A stretch of DNA of 64,000 bases from assembly GCA_958009085.1 (NCBI GenBank), contig OY253677.1, positions 868,001-932,000 on the forward strand, given 5' to 3'. This document shows, piece by piece, positions 24,647-36,313 of the stretch. How positions within the stretch are numbered: position 1 is the first letter of the stretch; every line of letters begins with the position of its first letter. The notes below the pieces were generated by a model. It was given only the letters and a program-made list of their open reading frames with translations. It ran no database searches and had not been told where the DNA came from. Origin of the DNA: Protoeuglena noctilucae. Lineage: Eukaryota. Position numbers and translations under genes: made by a program.

Positions 24647-25595
24647 TCAAATGGGCCGGTTCGTGACGATGGACGTGGGCTCGTAGATGAAGGAGTCGTT
24701 CAGGCCCACCATCGCCTGGAGAGTCCAGCTGATGCCCACCACCACCAACACCCCGGCGATGACCACGCCCACTGCGCTCAGCACGGGGCAGGGAGGGCTG
24801 TCCGTGACGCGCATGCGAATGCATGGTGACGCACAGCGCTGCCGCACGGGGGGCATCCATGAGTTCCAATCAGGCTATCCACGAACCTCTCTGGCCGCGC
24901 ACGACAGGATTCCCCTGCCTTGCATAAAACCTTGCGCAAGCATCAGCCATCACCTGCCGAGACGGGGTTCTTCATCATCCCCTGGATGGGCTTCACCGCA
25001 ATGTAGGCGGTCCCTGCACTCACAGTCAAAGGGCAGCATTGTAGACGCATGTGCACTGTGGCAATCCCCTGCTCTGGCCATGCAATGGAGCTCAGTGCAC
25101 CCAGCTTGCGACTCGATCAATAGGCTGCTGCTTCTGGGCGAGGCCAGCTGGCCCCAGCATCGTCACCTAGCAATACCGAGAAGAAGTACCGCACGTACGC
25201 GAAGACGTTGGCCCAAAAGTTCTCCTCGTTCGCAACATCAGCCACGACCTGCGGGTCCCGGGGAGGCCCCGTCGTTGGATCGCTGTCCATCGATCCAAAC
25301 AGCATCCAGGGACATCAGAGACCACGAATGCGTCGCGACTCACGTTCGCGTGGTAGTGAGTCGCCTCCCATGCGGCCCCCGCTGCCTCGGCGCTGTTGGC
25401 CGCCCAAAGCGTCCCGAGGATCAGCCCAGCCGACACGGCGGCCGTTGCGGGGCCACGCATCCTCTCATCCACACGCGCAGCTGCCACTTCGCGCTCGCCA
25501 TCGCGGGCGGCGCGCGCGGGAACAACGCGCGTCTTCCGTGGATAAAGCGCCGCATAGCTGTGAAGCCTGCACGGCCCTACGTGCGCGCAGGCCAT
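24647..25595 (-). CDS. ycf33: Ycf33 (DUF751) family small plastid membrane protein
   Basis: ENFWANVFAYVRYFFSVLL|GTAYIAVKPIQGMMKNPVSA|VGVVIAGVLVVVGISWTLQAMVGL, preceded by a transit-peptide-like exon. Confidence 0.8.
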
Positions 25596-25993
25596 CTCGC
25601 CGATATGCAAGGGCACGATAAGCTCAGCGCAGGCAAATCGCACCGAAGAAGAGGCGGGCAAAGAGCTGTTGCCAAGAATGCGACGCTACGACGGGGCGGG
25701 CGAGGCTGCAGAGTGGTCCAGGCGATGGTTGCGATGACAATTAGTGCAGCAGAACGGGACAGCAGCACACGGTCACCTCGCTGCACCGTGCAACGCCGGT
25801 GCCTGACACGGACGGCACCTGCGCGAGCTGGGGAGGCCGAGAAGGCAGCGTTTCTCGCATGATTCCGGACACAGATCGCTCGGAAGAACACGCACCTCAC
25901 TCTGCCGCAACAGTGATCGTCGTGCTGCTCTGAGGGACCACGTCGACGGCGTGCGGGTCAGCCATTCGCTGGGGCGCTTAGGGAGGGCCCAGG

Positions 25994-28832
25994 ATGCGGC
26001 TGCACGTGGCGACCACGAGTGCGCCATGTGCGGGGGTGATGGCTGCGAGGAGGACGGTGGCCGCGCACGGCGTGCGCGTGGGCGGCAGACCGAGCGCGCC
26101 CGCGCCTCCGCCCGTGGAGTTCGACGCCGCGGGGAGCCAAGCCGTGGCATCCGCGGTAGCCGACATGGGCGTAAAAGACGCTGGTGCTGAAGGGAGGAAG
26201 AAGATATCAATGGTGTCGCTGGGCTGCCCCAAAAACACGGTGATGGCTGCCACAGCTGGGCCCCGCGCCGCGCGCAGGCGCCGCCCGATGCGTGCGCGAT
26301 CCGATGCGTGCATTTTGCGAGCTTGGCTCACGTTACATGCGTGCCAGAGACCTGTATTCGCCGCACGCGCGCGCGGTGGGGCGGTCCATGCCCACCGTCG
26401 GCCCCCGCCGGCTTCCAGGTCGACGGGGAGGTCCTGTTGGGCGACCTGGTGCGTGCGGGCTTCGACATTACCGACGACCAGGATCAGGCGGAGGTGCTGG
26501 TGGTCAACACGTGTGCGTTTGTGGAGGACGCGAAGAACGAGTCCCTCGACGCCATCCTGGCCGCAGCAGAGCTCAAGGCGGCATCCCAGGCGAGGAAGCA
26601 GCTGTTGACAGCTCGATTGACACTTAATACTTGAGTGCAGTGGCGTTTTTCCACTTATAGTGACTCATGACGGTGCCTTATGGTGTCCGCGAGTCGCGAG
26701 GTGCTGTAGCCACGTCCCTAGTCAAGCACACCGTGAGGTCTCATGTCCACGCGTGGCCGCAGGGCAAGCGGCTGGTGCTGACGGGGTGCCTCGCACAGCG
26801 TTACGGCAAGGACCTGGCGGAGCAGGTCCCGGAGGCGGACCTCATTGTGGGATTTGAGCGGTATGGGGAGCTGGCGGGGGCACTGAAGGAGGCGCTGGGG
26901 ATGCCGCCGGGTGAGAGCTAAGGGCTGTGGTGGCATGGAGTGCGTTGGTGCGCGAGTGATGCAACAAGTGGGTACCTATGTTCTAGACAGAGGTTGGGGG
27001 TGGGCCCTTGTCTCTCCCTGCCCAAGCGTGAGGGATGGGGTGATGGTGCGCATGATGGTGCGATTTCCAGGCTTCTGGTGGATGACACCGTATGATTACA
27101 CAACTACCTCCATCCCATGCACATGCCTGCGATGCACTCACATCCGCAGGGTCCGCCCCAACGGGAGAGCGCGTGCGCGTGGGTGCGGCCACGGTCCCCT
27201 TCCGACCCGAGTCAGGCCGCCACCGCCTGACCCCTCCCCACACCGCCTACCTGCGCGTCGCCGAGGGGTGCAGCCACGCCTGCACCTTCTGTGCCATCCC
27301 CGGCTTCCGTGGCAAATTCCGCTCCAAGCCTTGGGACGACGTCGTGGCCGAGGCACGGAGGCTGGCTGAGGAGGTGAGGGGTTGGGGTGGAGAGGAATAG
27401 GGGTGCGTGCGGGGGGTGTGTTTGATAGATGCAACACCTCGCAGCACGCCACCCTGGCTGCTCGAGCATGCAACGGCCCTGCCTCAGGCCCTGCGACTTT
27501 CTCCGCTAAGCGCAGGGCGTGGTGGAGCTGAACCTGATTGCCGAGGACACCAATCAGTACGGCATGGACTTCCCCAAGACCCCCGGGACCGAGGGCCGCC
27601 GGTCTCTGGCGGAGCTGCTTAGGGAGCTGGGGAAGATTGAGGGGCTCAAGTGGATGCGCATCCTCTACGCCTACCCGTCCTACTTCTCGGAGGAACTGAT
27701 CGACGAAATCGCCACGAACCCCAAGGTGAGGGAGGATGGAGCGCGAGGGCCACAAGTGGACGATGGCCTGTGGGGTCCCCAGCAACACTGCCCTGACAGT
27801 ACGGTTCGGCGCTGCATTGCATGACTAGTACTCCGCTGCTCTGCACCCACCCCCCACCCTGCCGGTGCCCACTCCCACCCCACACCTCTTCCCCCCAGGT
27901 GTGCAAGTACATCGACATCCCCCTGCAGCACATCTCCAACCTGGTCCTCCTGGCCATGAACCGACCCCCCCAGCAGCACACGGTCGCCCTGCTGCGAAAG
28001 CTGAGGGACCGCATCCCTGGCCTCGTCCTCCGCACCACCTTCATCTCCGGCTTCCCCGGCGAGAGCGACGCCGCCCACCGGGAGCTGGTGGGGTTCGCGA
28101 AAGATATGGGATTCGAACGCATGGGGGCGTTTGCCTACTCGGAGGAGGACGGCACGCCTGCAGCCGGTGAGGGGATGGGGGCTGTGAGGGGGGGTGTGGT
28201 GGGGGGCGTGAGCTGGGGTGCAGTGTCGCCAAAAAGCTGACAGCAGACAGCACTACGGGTCATCAGCCACTACCACCATATCTGCTTTCATCCCCTCAGC
28301 TTCTCTCTCACCCCTCTCACCCCCGCAGATCTCCCCGAGCAGGTGGACCACGAGACCCGGGAGAGTCGCCGCGACGAGCTCGTGTCCCTGGCACAGGACA
28401 TGACCATGGCCTTCGCGCAGTCACTCGTGGGGACTGAGGTCGACGTGCTGGTGGACGGGTACTCGTGAGTGGCCACGCAGTGGACGGAACTGATGTCGAT
28501 GATGCTTGGTGCTTACTCATGTGCTCACCACTGCGACCCTGCTATCGCCCGTGGGAGCGACCTTCTCATGTTTTCCGACCACGGCAGCCCTGCTGTCCGT
28601 CACTGCATGTGACGAGTCACCCGTAGTCACTTCCCTCGCTCTGCGTCACCCTCCCAGGGAGGAGGGCGACTTGCTGGGCCGCACCCAGTGGGACGCCCCC
28701 GACATCGACCCTTACGTATTCCTCTCCGATGCGGACGACCCCGCCGTGCCGCGACTGGCCGTGGGGCAGGTGCGCAGGTGTCGCGTCGAGGGGGTCAGCG
28801 TCATGGATTTGATCGCCACGCCCGTGTGCTGA
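25994..28832 (+). CDS. rimO: Radical SAM methylthiotransferase, RimO type (ribosomal protein uS12)
   Basis: [84 protein letters not shown], and TRAM-like [11 protein letters not shown]. Confidence 0.9.
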
Positions 28833-29351
28833 GAGCAGCTCGTGGCACCCGCCAGGGTCGCCAGTGACGCTAGGAAAGACGTGGCACTGGCAGTGGCTGT
28901 GATGGATGTGACGTTGTGATGGGCTGGCGTGACCAGGCTGCGGGGCCGTACCCCGAGACCTGACGGTTCTGAGCCGAGTCGTGCTCCGGCAATCGTGCTG
29001 TCGACGACTTGCTGCAAAACGTACGTGCTTTGAACACAAGTCTACTATTGCGTGGGTCGAGCTATCCCACACAAACCGCCCGTGCCGTCCTGCCGGCTTG
29101 AAACAAGGGGCCATGGCAGTCACGCCATCGCAGTCCAAGCCGTGCGCAGTGCCCCACAAAGGTGACTCAGCCCAACCCCCAATCCGCTCCGCCTTGCACC
29201 CCTCCCATACGTCCCCAGCCAGCATCGACACCGCCACTCCCCAGCCTCACTCCCTGCGATGAAGGTAACCAACATCGTTTCAACAAACGCCCTCTCCATG
29301 CACTCTACACAGACCCTCATACACATACTTGCAGTCCCCCAAATCACCCCC

Positions 29352-30418
29352 TCACCGCGCGACGACGACCTTGAATCGCCCCGTCACGTCCGGGTGCAGC
29401 TTGACCGACACCTCGTACTCGCCCAGGGCGTTGATGTTGGACGGCACCGCCATCATGCGCTTGTCCAGCTGCTGCGCCGTCTGCTGGTACACGGCGTCCG
29501 CCACGTCCTGCGTCGTCACCGACCCGAAGATGCGGTTCTCCTCCCCAACCTTGCGCTTGATCACGAACTTGCCGATGGTGGCCAGGGCGTTGGCCATCTT
29601 CTGCGCCTGCTCGCGCTCCTTCGCCAGGCGAGCCTCGATCGCCTTGCGCTCCGCGTCAATCTTCGCGATGACCTGCGGGGCGAGGGGAGAGACGCGTGGC
29701 GTGATGGCGGGGGGTGGGCGCGGGCAAGAGTGGCAGCGGAGCAGGCGCGGGGCTCAGAAGGTGGAAGACGTGAGTAATGGGTGCATTGTGATCATCGCGA
29801 TGCTCATCGTGAGCTGGGAAAACCCAATCATCGTCGCCCCGATCAAGGCAAGCGCGGCGGAGCCGCCGCGGCCCTGCGGGGAGCGCCGCGCACCTCCTGG
29901 GTCGCGACCTCCGCGATGCGCTGGGGCTGGAGGAAGTTCCGCCAGTAGCCCACGCTGACCTTCACCAGCTGGCCCTCCTTGCCCAGGCCCGTCACCGTGC
30001 GCGTCAAAATGACCGTCTGCCTCTTGGGCACGCGCTTGGCCGCCACCACCTGCGCCCACCGGGCCACCATAAACTCCTTTGCTAATCACGCACACGATGG
30101 AGGGGGCGGGAGCCCGCGAGAGGCCCCGGCATGCCCTGGACCAATGGATGAACAGCTCCCACCCCTTTTGGGACGTCGCCAGGGCGTCGCAAGCGGTCCC
30201 TGGCGCATCAGCCGATGCCATTCAAAGCATATTGGGCCGAAGCAAGTCCCGGGACCCCGTGCGCGTCCCTTGCGACCCGGGCGGGCCGGCCGCGAGGCGT
30301 CTGGCCAGGGGACTGCGGCCGGGGGGTGCGAGTTCACCTGCAGGCTGCCCCTGCCAGGGCGAGACGAGGTGGACGCCAGGGCGTCCATCCTCCCCGCGGA
30401 GAGCGCAGCGGCGGACAT
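29352..30418 (-). CDS. RPL9: Plastid 50S ribosomal protein L9
   Basis: TVILTRTVTGLGKEGQLVKVSVGYWRNFLQPQRIA, KRKVGEENRIFGSVTTQDV, LGEYEVSVKLHPDV. Exon 1 (MSAAALS...GSLQ) is tentative. Confidence 0.92.
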
Positions 30419-30728
30419 CGTCGACCCGCCGCGATCAAACCAAAAGGTGAGCGAGGAAACCAGCCGTGAATCCCTCGACTGCAACTTATGACGAGCTGGG
30501 AACTGGGGCGCGAACGCCCCAAACGGCGCGAGTCGTGCAGCCGGCTTGGCGCCCGAAGTTTCAGGCACGGCCGGCAGGCGACCCTTGCGGTCTCGCGCCC
30601 TGCTGGGGTCCATTTGCAATTCCAGGTAACGCGATCGCTCAGGGTACTGCGGCGAGCTTCGTAACCCACTCACTGCGAACAACAAGCAACGGGAGCCGGG
30701 CGGCCTTGGTGTGCGCAGCAGGGGGCTC

Positions 30729-31504
30729 ATGACTGGGGCGGCGGGGTCGGCGGTAGGGCGTCTCTGGCCTGCAAGTATGCATCTGTGTCGTGCGGGGTGC
30801 CATCGCCTGCTAGGTGAGCTGCCAAACGCGTTGCAGCGTCTCATTTTGTGTGCATGGCGATGCAGACCGCGAAACCTGCTCTTTCACGTGCCTGTGGCGC
30901 AGATGCGCTGGGGTCAAGGAAGCGGTGGCTTGCGCAACGGACTGGGGGGGGATTGGGAGGAGAGGTGAGGACTAGAGCACCAGAGCATTGGCACTGTCCG
31001 CGTTTCGGCCCTGCTCCGGCTTATGACAGCACACCAGCGCCTCCCCGCGCGCAGGCCGTGAATGAGAAAGAGTTTGCCGTGATGCTCGACACCATCACTC
31101 CGCGGGAGAACGTGCGGGACCTGAGGTGCGTGGCAGCAGAGACAGCGCTGGCAGCGCCGGGCCTCACCCTTTGCCAATGACGCCGCGCGCGCTGTGTCTG
31201 CAGTGAGGAAGAGAAGGAGGAGGCGCGGAGGAGGTATCGCGAGTACAGCCGGCGGCTGATGGAACGGGAGCACGCGTGGCGGCAGGACCTTCAGACCAAG
31301 ATTGCGCTCAAGCGCGATGCCCTGGCGGCGCTGCCAGAGGAGTTGCAGGCGGCGGCGATGGAGCCGGACCTGGAGCCGTTCCCGCTGGACCGGTGGATCG
31401 CGACGCTGAGCCCGCCGCGGCTGGCCAAGGACGAGGGGGCGGAGAAGGCCAAGGAGGCGGTGGGCACAAAGAGCGGGCTGGGGATGGGCAAGAAGCAGCG
31501 ATGA
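30729..31504 (+). CDS. Mitochondrial ribosomal protein mL40-like
   Basis: REYSRRLMEREHAWRQDLQTKIALKRDALAALPEELQAAAMEPDLEPFPLDRWIATLSPP fits the mL40 (MRP-L28) family. Four exons in consistent phase. Confidence 0.75.
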
Positions 31505-31715
31505 CGCGGGTGTTGAAACGGGTTGGCAGGATAGCGCACGGGCCCGTGCGACACGGTTAAGGCGGGGTTAGGGTAGCGGGCCAATTCCATTCCATTCGAA
31601 GCACTGGGGGGGCCAATACACCTCGCACGCAACGACACGCTTGCGCAGGGTACTGAGACGCCTGAACCCACAGTTCAACCGCCACGCCCCGTCTCGTGCC
31701 CACCGGTCATTCAAA

Positions 31716-34068
31716 TCACTCAAAGAAGAGGAACTTGCCGCGCCCCTCGACGATGCTGGTGATGCCGCCGTCCCAGCCCAGGTCTGACCGCCCGAACTCC
31801 CGGCCCTTAAGCACCGTCTTGACCACCTCGCGCCGGAAGGCAGCCGGCGGGGCGAACCCGCCCCCGCGCCGGAAGTAGCCGTCGGCGGGCGTCGGCAGCC
31901 GGCGCTGCGAGTTGATGGAGTTGCGCTGCACCGTGAAGGGCCCCGCCGGCCTCAGCACCCCTGTCTGCCTCGGGCGGGTGACCTGCGGGAGTCAGGGATC
32001 CATGGTGCGAGTGGGTCACAAGTGCTGATGTAGACGTGTATATGCCGCATGGGTACGCTGGGCGTGACGCCACTGGATGTGTGGATCAAGCACATGCATC
32101 AACACCGGCAACCCCGCCCCTCCCCACCGTGGTCAGCCGCATCTCGGGCTCGATGTTCGGGATGACCCGTCGCACTTCGGGGTCGTAACGCAGCCCAGCC
32201 ACCGCCCGCCCCGTTAGCCGGAGGTCCTCCAGCACCTCTCGCACCGTCGCCCCACCGGGGACCTCAATGCCCGTCATCCGGGACATGGGGTCCAGGTCGT
32301 GCTCCCGCTCCTCCTGGCGATTCGGGGAGCTTGCTGCGAGAGGGTGACACCGACGGGGTCAGAGTTGCACACGGAGCCTCAAGCCACGGCAAGCTGAGAG
32401 TGGAAAGGCAACGCGTCGCCAGCAGCGCCCCTCACCCCTCGTGCCTCCCGCGGCGCTGCGGAGAGTGGCGCGCTGCGGCGACGCCGGCCGCGACGGCCCT
32501 TCGCTGGGCGGCCCCCGCGGCCGCACCGCCCCTCGGCTCAGGGACAGCCTCCCCGTGAACTCGGGCGAGGGCGCCTGGGGCGACGCAGCACGCGCCACCA
32601 CGTCTGGCCTCGCCGAGTGTCCCCGCGACGCGCCCACCGAGTGCCCCCGGGCGCGCCCGTCTGCCGAGCCCCTTGACACGGCGCGCTTCGCCTCACGGGT
32701 GGCGAGGGAGGACGTGTTGTAGGCCAGGTCGGCCAGGGAGGGCGGGAGGCGGGCGTTGGTGCGGAGGACGCTGCGCCGGAGGGCCACGGCGGGCTCGGCG
32801 GCCCACTCCGGGAGGTTGCGGAATCGGTACATGGGGGCGCGGTAGTGGAGGCGCGGCTTGGCGGGCTCCACGCGCGCGGCCCTGGCCAGCCGCTCCTTGA
32901 AGCCCTCGTCCCGCTCGGCGTAGTGCAGGATGCGGAGGTCCTGGGTGTCCCCGATCGTCTGCTTCATGTCCAGCGGGTGGCGCGTCGTCCGCGTGGGCGA
33001 CAGCACAAAGGGAGGGCGCTTCTTCAGCTCCCCCTCCCGCATCACGGTCGTCTGGAGGCTGCGGGGGAGGACGAGGCAGTGAGTGGTGTCAGTCACTGAT
33101 GACTGACCCCAGCATTCATGCAACAGTGTGGCACCTGCACTGCTCCCTTCCGCCGTGCTCACCTCCCCCGGTCGTACAGCCCGTGGCCCCTGCCTGGCGC
33201 CGCCTCCCCGTCTGCCGGGAGCTCGAGTGGCTCCACGCCATGCATGCTCCGGTGCGTCACGAGGATGCGCGCGCGCTCTGGGTCGGTCTGCTGCCCGTCC
33301 GTCAGCATGCGCTCCGTCGTCACCGGTACCGCTGCAGAGTAGTAACCATCGGGATCGGGGACGCGAGCCATGGCGGCCTGGATCCTGCGGGTAGAGAGGG
33401 AGAGAGAAAGCGTGTGGCTGCATGCCCAGCGCTGTTTGGACGCAGAACCAGCCGCTGCTTGCTGCTGCCCTAGCCTCACCCATGCATGCGCATGACGGTC
33501 TCAAAGCTGCGCTTAGCTTCGAAACTGAAGTGCCCGTGTGGGACGTCACTATTGATGCCTTCGTGGATGTCTCGCTTCGCGGCTGCAAAAGCAGAGGGGC
33601 GCGGGAGGGTCGGGGTTGCTGCGAGCTGGGGCCGGGCTGCGCGCGAGCTCGACCTTCCGGGGCCGTACCTGTCAGTGGCCGTATTAGATAGTTGTCCGCA
33701 TAGTCACTCAGCTTCCTCCCTCCGCTCCCCGCCGGCTCCCCCGGGGCTGCGAGCATGCGCTCCAACATGGGGGTCAGGAACCTCGGCGCGACGCCGGCGC
33801 AGTGAAACGCCATGAATCGGCATAAGCTAGGATAGATGCCGATTCACGATCGAGCGCTCTCTGGGCCGCGCACCCCCGTGGCACGTCACGCAGCCCCATT
33901 CCCACGGCTTGGCATGCAGTCACCTGTTGACGCCCTCGATGCCCAAGCAGGGCCCCCGACCCTGGGCTCATCCAACCACTCTCTGTCTCCGTCGCGCCGT
34001 CGCGAATACTCGAGTACATCGGGCTGGAAGTCCAGGAACTCGGGCGGGGCCCGAGTCCCGGACCCCAT
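31716..34068 (-). CDS. Multi-exon protein of unknown function
   Basis: Phase-consistent exons from MGSGTRAPPEFLDFQPDVLEY through IQAAMARVPDPDGYY and LQTTVMREGELKKRPPF to DLGWDGGITSIVEGRGKFLFFE*. High GC3, no family recognised. Confidence 0.65.
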
Positions 34069-34465
34069 GTGAAACACCGCACGCGCTGGCCCCGGCTTTG
34101 ATAGAAACGTAGCGAGAGGGATTGCACGCACTCGCTATGTGGCCTTGCAAGTCTCTCAGAGCAGCACGGGGACCCTGGTTTCACGTATAGCAGAGTTGGT
34201 GCGCGCTGATTGCCTGCATGCACTTGTGACTGTCCCGGGCAGTCGTTCGGGCCAGGCAATTACGCGGAAAGGGCTGGGAACCTGGACCGTCAGTCTGACC
34301 GCAGCGTGCAGAATTAACCATCCTCCCTCATTGTGCGGTTGTTCATCGCTGTTCTGATCGCGGTTCGTGACTCAGTCCCAAACCAGCCCCGGCGCAATTA
34401 CCTGCATCCACATCGCTCATCCGGCGGCTTGTATTGGCTTGTGTTGGCGTCGTGAGGCGTCATAA

Positions 34466-36207
34466 ATGGGTGTATTCGCCGTCACTGGAGGCACCGGCTT
34501 CCTGGGAGAGCATCTGGTGCATCAGCTCGCCGCAGATGGCCACCAAGTCCGCGTGATCAGCAGGTGTGCGGCGCATGCGGTCGACAGCTGGGCCCATATT
34601 GCCCCTGCGTCAATGGCGCATCCGCCATCTCACCCAGCAATGCAATCCTGCGCTGTGGGTAAATCGCATCGGATACTCTCCGTGCCGGCCAGCGTTTACG
34701 CTGCCGCAGGAGAGCAGACATACGATCCGTCGCGTGCGCTGCCCGACTCTGCCGCAGGGACCCCGCGCCCCTCATCCGTCGGCTTCCCAGCGAAGTAGAC
34801 AAACGTCTCGTCGTCCCGTCGCCGGCATCGGTGCTGGATCCGCGCGCGCTCGCCGAGGCAGTGCGTGGCGTCGACGGGGTCTTCCACCTGGCCGGGGTCG
34901 TGGATCACAGCCGCCGCGCTCCCGCGGATGTCAACGATCTCAATGTTCAGGGTACGCTGAACTGCCTCCGCGCGTGCGCCGGCGCCGGGGTGCAGCGGGT
35001 GGTCTACGCGTCCACCTCCGGCGTGTGTGCGGTCCGCCGTTCCCCAGCCAAGGCCACGGCCCTGGGAGACTCGGCTCCCTATGCGGACGACGCCGTGCGG
35101 GGGTGGCCGTACTACGAATCCAAGGTGCGGTTCCACCTGCAGAGCCCATCGAAAGTGGGCACTGCACACCACCAGGGCAAGCGCTGGCTGGCAGGAGTAC
35201 GAGTGCTCTCTGTAGTGACGCCTTCTGACCCCCGTGCTCCGCAGATCGAGGCGGAGCGGGCGAGCGCTGCGCTGGCGGCGGAGCTGGGCCTGGACTTGGT
35301 GTGCATGCGACCGACGCTGCTGCTGGGCCCAGGGGACCGTCGCCTGTCGTCCTGTCGCCTCGTCGCAGACCTACTCCGCGGTCGCGTGCCTCTCTGCCCC
35401 TCGGGGGGCCTCAGTTTCGTGGATGTGAGGGACGTGGCAGACGCATTTGCGGTGGCGATGCAGAGGGGGCGGAGCACTAGAGACGGTGCAGGGACAAGCA
35501 CGAGCGCACAGGGGGGCATGGCTACGGGATACGTGTTGGGGGCCGCAAACATGACGCTGCGGTGAGGGACGCGTAAAGGGGTTATAGGGCCACAGGCAAC
35601 GTGTCATGTGTGAGGTGTGGGGGCTGCGAAGATGAACAGTAATATGGGGGGTAGGCATGCGCAGGGGACTTGTGGGTGGCTCAACGTCGTTGTGAGTTTT
35701 ACCTCTTTACATCTTCCCCCGCTGCTTTTTTTTCAGAGAGTTTCTGGCGGAGGTGGAACGCCTGAGCGGCGTGCCAGCCCCCCGCGTGTCGCTTCCCCCG
35801 GTCGTGGAGCGTGCGTCGGCCTGGCTGCTGTACCAGGCCAAAGGGAGGCTGCTGGGGAACTGGGACAAGTCCCTGGACCCCGTCTACGTGGAAATGGGGC
35901 AGGCGTTCTGGTACACGGGTGAGGCGGTCATGGCATGTGAGGCGGGCGGTCCCTGCCTACCTGGCTTGGCTTGGCTTGACTCAGTCGTGGCTTCGTTGCA
36001 TGTACTAGGTCCATTTGTGTCATGGCGAACGGGGGCGACGTGCAGCTTTGGTGATAACATGTAAAAAGACGAGTCATCTCTTGGCCCACGGTTGCAGATT
36101 GGTCGGCCGCACAGAGGGACCTGGGATTCCAACCCCGCAGCCCAGAGGAGACGCTGAGAGACACCATTGCATGGCTAAAGAGTAACTGGGGTGCCATTGC
36201 CGAGTGA
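34466..36207 (+). CDS. NAD(P)-dependent epimerase/dehydratase (extended SDR, DFR/HpnA-like)
   Basis: AVTGGTGFLG, GVDGVFHLAG, NVQGTLN, VVYASTSG, catalytic YYESK, RPTLLLGPGD, SFVDVRDVA, DLGFQPR. Confidence 0.9.
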
Positions 36208-36313
36208 CGCTGGCTGACGACCATTGAAGCTTCCTCGACCAGCGATGCTATGCGCAAGCGGGCATGGGGATATGACACATGACTATTCTCATCTACCCCT
36301 CTGCTACTCCCCC

